Of a DNA stretch of 64,000 nt, positions 57,086-64,000 are shown one piece after another. Within the stretch, counting starts at the first letter, position 1. Each line of letters opens with the position of its first letter. This stretch comes from Amoebophrya sp. A120 (lineage: Eukaryota; Protista; Dinoflagellata), in NCBI GenBank assembly GCA_905178155.1, contig CAJINV010000006.1, forward strand, positions 316,398 to 380,397, written 5' to 3'. The notes beneath the pieces are model-generated. The model saw only the letters and a list, made by a program, of their open reading frames with translations, was not told the origin of the DNA and ran no database searches. The translations under genes and the position numbers were made by a program.

Positions 57086-60000
57086 TTAAAAGCAATCTGC
57101 CAAATTCCGCGTTCCCGGTCTCAAACTCCCAAACCGATTCGCCACGAGCAGCAATTTCCGATGCGCCTCAGAGTTCGAAACGCTTCCCAAATAGCTCGGG
57201 TAGACCGCGCGGTTGCTTACCAAGAGGTTTTTGTACTCGTACGTCTTAGCGGTGGGCAGGATTTTGTTGTCCTCTATGCATTGCAAATACCGATTCTGAT
57301 CTGGGTCTGGATTTGCAATGCAAAATTTATTAAATGAAGAAAGCAAGACTAAGGTCTAGTACTTCTGTGGTGCATGAATATGAAAAATACGTAGTAGTTG
57401 GTGGACCCAGTTTTTTTGTCGTGCCGGAAGCTTGTTTGTCATGCACTGATTTCCAGAAGACCGAGATCGATAATTTGCATTTCTATTCGTATCCTCCATC
57501 AAAACCCTGTTCCTCGTCTCGTGCAGTTTGTTAAGCGGCGAGTTTCCGTGCTGTATCCTCTGATTTGCGAATAGCCACTCCTTCCTCTCGTTTTGTTGGT
57601 TTATTTTCTGGCGGAAAAGAAGAGCAGATGATGCGGGGGGAGCAGTAGTAGTTTCCTGCTCGTCGTTCTGCGTCCTTGTCCTAATACCGTTTCTTATCCC
57701 ACCAGCGATGAAGTAGTAGCCTTGTGCTCGTCTACTTGTAATACTTCCACCTCCTCCTTTAGAAGTACCACTACCGCAGTTCATTGCGTTGTCGTAGATT
57801 TGGCCTATTTTGTGGTCGAATTCCGCCCTATCCACCTTAAATTCCGTCAAATTCCTCCCGGTTTCGTTGTGGAGCAATTGGTTCACTTTTTTCTCGTAAT
57901 CTTCTGTCCGTTCAACCGAAAGTAGTAGATTCTTGAGGAACGACGGAACAACTTCTGCGCCGGAGTCTATCAAAGTGAAAAATCCCCCCTCCCCATATTG
58001 AAACGAAAACTTCTGTTGCTGGATTTGTGGACACAAATCAGCTTTGTCTTGCAGTATAGGACTGCAGGCAGATGCAAAGCCTAGACGGGCCTGGCTAGAG
58101 GTGGGCGCTCAGCATGGCAGACGTCTACCCTGTTGGTGCAGCAGCATTACAAATCGCCTGCGTAAAGCGGCGAAAGCTCTGGCTTTGCTCTTTTGCAGGA
58201 CAGACCTCATTTGTGACTACAAATCAGCATCACAAATTTTCAAAAGGATGCCTTTTCGATATGGGGAGGGGGGATTTTTCCCTTTGATACCGTCGTCGTT
58301 GTACTTAACGGCAGAGGAACCTGCAGCAACTCCTGTGCCGTTCAGGCCCCCGGCTCGTAGTGAGTAGCTGTCGGGAAGGGAGTGGTATGACGGAGCGGTA
58401 GCTGTACTAGTAGCGGACCTCCTGGAAATAACATTATTACTGTTCTTCCCCGCACGACTTCCTGCTCCTTTCTCTACGTAGCTCGATACACTGGTGGAAA
58501 CGAGAGGCGGCGTCAGCTTCGTTTTCAACAAACTCTCCTCGTATGTCGCGGACTCCAGCCCAATTTTTCTTGCGGTGGGTCTGTCGAATTCCGCTGTGGA
58601 ACGGTAGGATTTCTTTCCATGGTAGACTTGCAGGCCCGCAGCGGCCCGCGCGAAATGCATCGGGGACACATCCTGAGTAGATTTTTGGATTTGTTTTTGA
58701 GATATTTTTTGTCAAGGAAAAGGAAATCAAAAAGTTGGGGATTCTGATTATTTTTGCGCGGAAAACAAAGAGAATGCTGATCGCAAAAATTATCGGTGGG
58801 ATCCTGGTGCCCGCCATGAGGAACGGCTTGGCATCTCAATTTTGAGTGCGACAGAACTTCCAAGAGGGTGGAGCAAATAAAGTTATACTACGAACTAATC
58901 TGGAACTACTGGACCTACTTCATCTTCTTGAATGCTGGTCCATTGCCGTAGTTATCGAGACTTCCAAGTGGCACGGGGATGAATTCGATAATTGGTCTAA
59001 AAATCAGAATGTTCTAGTGGCGTTTATTGGCAATGGCAACGCACGGCTAGTTGTACACAACTACGCGTTCCAACAATGAATCTGTTATGCAGAGTTCGCA
59101 AGTATTATGCTTATCTGGATAGAGTTATAATTTGTAATTCTCTAAGAGCAAAACCAAAAGCAAACATGAAATTGAAATCCTCTAGTATAGGTTTTTTACC
59201 CGCATCACGCGGTTCCCGACATCTCCTGCCGAACGCGCTCGCGGTGCCGAAAACGACGCGACGGAGGGTGAGTAGCAGTCAATGTGCGGCGAGGCTAGAT
59301 CTAAGTCGGTATCAAATGCAAACATGTCTGGGTCTGGAAGGCTGCAACTTGTGATGCTAAATCTGAAGCATGCAAAAAGTCTGTGTTGCATGATTACCAA
59401 AAGCTGTCCACTTTCGACCAAGTTGGGAGGGAGAGTTTCTCATGCGTGATACACATGACGGAGGCCTCTTCACAGAGTTTGTCATGCTAGGTCCCACATT
59501 TTTCCGCACCTCATGGGTCATGGAAAACATGCATGACAAGTTTCTACTCTTCCAGACCCAGACATATTTGCACTGAATAGTCGGTGAAACCAGACAAAAA
59601 CTTTCGCCTGCCGCCCACAAAAAACCGATCCAGCTGGTAGTCTTTAGAAACCGGCGGGTTGAGGCTTTCACCTATCCTGTGCAAAAACATCGTACTCGTA
59701 TTGCAATCATGCATTACAAATCTTTTTCTTGAGGCAAATCAGCATTACAAATTTTCTTTCTCATGCTGAGAAAATTTGTCATGTGAATCGGTTCGAGAGT
59801 GTACCCCAGTTCACGAACTAGCTCGTGAAGGTTCCGGGCATACGAAAAAGGACAGAACCATACGTAGTGCACCTGCCAAACCCCGAAAAAAAGAGCGGGC
59901 AACGGGAGAAAATAATCCCGATGAGCTGCAGAGCATATCTTGCGGGCACCATATGTCGCAAAAAGTATGCGCACGCAACAAGCCCCGAAGGGTCTTGTAT

Positions 60001-63000
60001 TTTGGCGCGCGCGCGCGCGCGATTTTGGTTTGTGAGGCGCGAAGCGCTGCGCGACTATTGTTTACGGTGGGACGGCTGACGGTCGTAGGATTTAGGGGCG
60101 CTGCTTCCGATCAATGGGCGCACGAAGACCGAAGCTGTGCGCGCGGCGCTGGTTTCAAACAGAAAGCGGGCGAACGCAAGGGCCGATCGCAGTCATGGCT
60201 ACTGTTTTCTGTAATGACAGACTTGAGGCCTTTGGCGCCCATCACGGTGCGCGCAGCTGTGCTGCAGCACCATCTAAAACGACGACGCTGCGGCATTGCA
60301 GGTACAGAGCCGAACCGGGGGCCAGGTAATACCTGGCCCCCCGGATCGACTAAGTACCACTGAGATCAGGAGCGTACCTTTGGGTCAGGAACGCCCCCCC
60401 TACTCCTTCCTCCACCTGCATATTTTTTTGGCGCCGAGCATATCAAATGGCCTGTTTGTTCTAGGATATTTAGGCCCCGGGGCGGTATTGAACTGGTAGG
60501 TACATTGTTGAACCGCGGGCCCTGTTGAACTGATACACATGCATTTATACGAGTACTATCAAATGTAAAAATGTCTGGGTCTGGAAGAGTGCTAGACTTG
60601 TCATGCAGATTTTACATGACATATGACGTCTGTAATGCATCGCCTGGCATCACAGATTTTTAGCAAGCTTTCTGATGCCTATCCCGCATGAGAAATACCC
60701 TCTCCATGTAGCACAAACTGGACCCTTCTTGCTGGTCGTGCAATACAGATTTTTTTAGAATGCAGAGACAGCATGACAAGTTGCATTCTTCCAGACCCAG
60801 ACATTTTTACATTTGATAAGTACGATACTTTTGCAATGCATAACAAAAAACCGATCCAGCTGGTAGTCTTTAGAAACCGGCGGGTTGATATGAGAGTGCG
60901 CAACTCCCCCTCCCCCTCATTTAATTGGCACGCACAGCAACACAAGTGCTGACACAGATGCACGCTTTGCATTACAAATTCGCGATCGGTTCTAGTGCTG
61001 TTTCGGCTTCGGGAATCTGTCATGCAAGGAGCGCCACAGGGCAAAGGTTGGACTTGGCATTTTGCATGACAAATGAGGGGGAGGGGGAGTTGTGCACTCC
61101 CATAGTTGAGGCTTTCACCTTTCCGCGCCTTGGACTGGTAATGCGGATGAAGGTCGAGGTCAAGGCCGTCGAGGACTCCTGCTATGTTTCTTTCTTTATC
61201 TGGAACTGCTATATCGGAATACGCGAATCTCTGATTGCCGTCCACTTTTCGCACGTCGAGGCCGTGGCGTTTGGATGATGAGAAAGATGATCCTACTATC
61301 CTGTCAAACGTCCGCCCGCCCGCCTCGAACAAGCTCGCCGGGGAAAACTGGTAGCCGGTACCCGGCCCGCTTCGGTAAGTTGCCGCCTTGTGGTAATTAT
61401 GCATTGCAAATATGTCTGGGTCCGGAAGGATACAACCTGTGATGCTGTCTTTGGATTCTAAAAAAGTTTGTCTTGCATGATCAGGAAGACGGTTCCAGTT
61501 TTTGCTACGCGGAGATGGAATTTCTCATGCGGGATAGGCATCAAAAAGGCCACAGATTAAATCTGTGATGCTAGAGCATAGATCACAGGTGTCATGGATT
61601 TATACAAAATGTGCATGACAAACTCAGGCTCTTCCAGACCCAGACATATTTGCAGTTGATAGTAATATCCTCCACTGGTTGAAGGGGATTTGGGTAGAGT
61701 ACCCGTCTTGGCCGGAGTCCACTTGTGAGTGCCGTGGGAAAGCGGCTTGAAACCCGGGCGAAAGACAGTGGAGGAGCTGATTTTGGATTTCGGGTTTACT
61801 TATCATGCGAGGGTTTACTAGGGTTGAGGGTTTAATATGCGAGGCCAATTTCAAAAATTTTCAGACAAAGAGAGAATCGTTCAACAGTGCCACGAAGGTC
61901 GCTTCTTTGCAATAGATATGTTCCTTACCCGTGGCTCGCGTGTCCTCGTTTCGCAACCTCTTCCCGGTGCTGCGCGATTTCCCCCATGATACTTTCTGCG
62001 TAGTGCTTCTCAATCGGCGACTTATATTCTGCCAACTCCTGCGTGCTGTTTACCCTTTTCAAAAACCGCAGGTCCGCGTCGTTCCTACTGCATTTCTCGA
62101 AAAAATCGTCGTACTGCTTCACCAGATATGCGGTTTTGAAATGTGCGGCGTACATTTTGCCACTCACCGGGAACTCGGTCGGCTTTTTTCGGATGAAGTG
62201 CATAATCTTCTGGTCTAAAAACACGTCCGGGTCGGAAGGGAGTTGTAACAGGTCTTGTTCGGTATCGGTGCGGAAATTTCTAGTACCTTTGGACAACATC
62301 ATGTTGGAACTACTCCTCTTTCTCGTCGGAAGGAGCAAATGCGGGATTCTCCTTGCTGGGTCAAATTCGTAGTTCCGGGAAAAGTTGTCGTATTTTGCGT
62401 TGCCCGAGGACGCGGCGCGGCTCGTCCGGGTGGCGGGTGAAATTGATCCACCCGCTCGGTCGTCTAATATTAACGGGAAGACTCTGCCCCGTGCGAGGGT
62501 CAAGTTTCGACTTTGGGTACTACTAACAGGTGCTTTTTTCCTCGTGGAGCCTGTGTGACTGCTCTTCCTATCGTCAATTGCACGACCACGAGTTGTTGTA
62601 CTACTACCTGGAAGCTATGGAAGTGTCAGGATTGAAATCGACAAAGTTGAAATAATCTGTCATGCATAAAATGCAAGGCACGAAGCGAGTGTCTTGCAGA
62701 GATTGCAAATGAGGCGGATTGTGAGCCTATTTCGGGTTTGGGATAGAGCTGCGAACGTAGCATGACAAAGGACGCCTTCTTTCGCTAACCAGCATGACAA
62801 ACTGGATTTAGACGGTATCGAAATTTGTCATGCGCGGCCTAGAAATTGGGCTTCCAACTGGTATCCATTTCATGCATCACAAATCGTTTCAACTTTGTTG
62901 ATTTCAAACCTGACGCTTCCATAGAAGCTGCTGCCCGGGTAGTTCTTCAGTTAATATTCCGGAGGTGAGCGCAACCTCTTCGACCAGCTGCGCCGTCTGC

Positions 63001-63452
63001 GCCATCCGTTCCGCGACCGTGAGAGCAGGTCGTGGCGGCCTCGTCGTCCCGAAAGGAGCTCCTGCTCCGAGCGCGGAAGAACTAGAGGACGTTGGTTCTG
63101 TAGTTTTTTGTCCTGGTGCTCTTGCGTCGGAGTGGTGGTTATGAACTGCAAATATGTAGTCTGGGTCTGGAAGATTCTTACATTTGTCCTGCATGTCTGA
63201 CATGACTCGAGAATCTGTGATGCATAGAGGCATCGGAAAAGCCTCGCCTATCTGTCATGGAAAAACGAAGTTTCTCATGCGGAATACGCAACACATAGCA
63301 GCTCAAAAATTTGTCATGCTGGGCTGCGTATTGCAGTCCGGCTATCATCCACTTCTCGCATCACAAGTTTCCAAACCCAGACATTTTTGCAGTTGATAGT
63401 GGTCGTAGGGGCTCCGCTCGAGCACTTGCTGGATGAAGGGAGAGGTGTCCAT
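57086..63452 (-). CDS. Hypothetical protein with 9 introners and probable GT-AG introns
   Basis: Starts MDTSPFIQQVLERSPYDH|HSDARA (junction 63140); GESLN|PPVSK (60889); SGFTD|LDLAS (59310); VLME|DNKIL (57275) to stop at 57086. Some internal junctions not traced. Confidence 0.65.
57275..57491. mobile_element. Introner family A, strongly diverged
   Basis: DR TCCTC; frame restored. Confidence 0.75.
57968..58289. mobile_element. Introner family C
   Basis: Clear TIR; DR GAGTC/CCGTC (3/5). Confidence 0.85.
59310..59579. mobile_element. Introner family A
   Basis: DR GTCGG; frame restored. Confidence 0.9.
59784..60537. mobile_element. 754-bp TG...CA element with 4-bp TSD (solo LTR or Ginger/TDD-like non-autonomous element)
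   Basis: Ends TGAATCGGTTC / GAACTGATACA (9/11 inverted match); CATG duplicated at 59780-59783 and 60538-60541. Confidence 0.75.
60557..60818. mobile_element. Introner family A nested in right TIR of a B element
   Basis: DR AGTAC. Confidence 0.92.
60889..61104. mobile_element. Introner family D
   Basis: DR GTTGA; empty site in duplicate at 59658-59662. Confidence 0.92.
61398..61661. mobile_element. Introner family A
   Basis: DR GTAAT. Confidence 0.9.
62616..62923. mobile_element. Introner family L (single copy here)
   Basis: About 37-bp TIR TATGGAAGTGTCAGGATTGAAATCGACAAAGTTGAAA; DR GAAGC. Confidence 0.9.
63140..63398. mobile_element. Introner family A
   Basis: DR GTGGT; frame restored. 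Confidence 0.9.
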
Positions 63453-64000
63453 GATGGAAGACTTCTTCCAACAAATTCAGTAGTTACAGGGCATCATGAA
63501 CGACATGGGTGGATAGTTGAATCTTAGTAGGTTTGTTGTTCCATAAAACGCGTACAGGAGATAAAGGTTGAATACTCACGGGCGAGTGGAGTTTTTATTA
63601 CGGGCGAGTGAAGATATTTCATCTTTCGTGCACAAGAAGAACCACGTAAGCTTGGCTCATTATGCAGGCACAGTACGTTTCTATTTTTCGTGTTCTCCAC
63701 TAGTACCTACCGAGTTCGAGATGGTCGCAAAAATTGTTTTCGAAGCAGTCTTTACGACCGCTTTTAGGGGTAAAAATGGGGTGAAGACAAATGGTAGACG
63801 TAAATCGCACTTCTAAAAGCCTATAGGGGAAAAGAGGAGTGGGAGAAAGTTGTGATTGTGAAGTTCAACGAAAGCCTACTAGACTTTCGTGTTCTGCTGA
63901 TTTTCTTTGTCGTTTCGTGAATTGTTTTGTTGAGTGGTCCACAAAACCGATGATATCGATATGCGACGTACTTTATTTTTCCGCTATAAAAATCAGGCGA

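Larger units (their letters stand above)
59673..60842. mobile_element. Composite family B introner with two nested insertions, flanked by a 56-bp exon duplication
   Basis: B left half 59673-59783; B right half 60538-60556 plus 60819-60842. Confidence 0.85.

Noticed and set aside
11267-63396. Many short ORFs sharing peptides such as MSGSGR, CKYVWVWK, QTQTFL, GGGIFP, YELQKYRT as a protein family
   Set aside because: They are translations of introner TIRs in various frames, not genes.

Overview
Eukaryotic genomic DNA, very likely from an Amoebophrya-like (Syndiniales) parasitic dinoflagellate. This is inferred from the architecture, not from a database hit. All convincing genes are on the minus strand: a mosaic hypothetical protein with a GT10 fucosyltransferase-like motif (<1-4512), a long low-complexity hypothetical protein (~11323-26009), a CFAP57/WDR65 cilia WD40 + coiled-coil gene (33891-51943), a rearranged partial CFAP57 paralogue (~52300-54490) and another hypothetical gene (57086-63452). 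The genes are interrupted by about 85-90 non-canonical introner-like elements, mostly 140-335 bp. They start TAT, end ATA, have terminal inverted repeats (TIRs) and are flanked by 5-bp direct repeats (DR). At the junctions I traced, removing the element plus one DR restores the reading frame. I distinguish 11 TIR families (my labels): A TATCAAATGCAAAAATGTCTGGGTCTGGAA, B TATCCTGTGCAAAAGTATCGTACTCGTA, C TATCAAAAGGAAAAATCCCCCTCCCCATA, D TATGAGAGTGCACAA..CTCCCCCTCCCC, E TATCCCACGAAAAAAGTGTTACA, F TATCC...GTAAAAACGTCCCCA, G TATTACAGTGAAAAATGCCCCC, H TATG.CCTGCTC..GTTACA, J TATCCAAGAAAAAAACATTGT, K TATTCCACAGAAAAAGACCGACAGG, L TATGGAAGTGTCAGGATTGAAATC. All share an internal octamer TGT[C/G/A]ATGC. 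The window shows several stages of these elements: filled and empty sites between paralogues, nested copies, apparent recombination between copies that deletes or duplicates exons, and apparent conversion to GT-AG introns. Intergenic DNA has GC-rich islands, tandem repeats, palindromes and a ~3 kb tandem duplication. No transposase, RNA gene or CRISPR array was found. Coordinates were counted by hand and may be off by a base or two.
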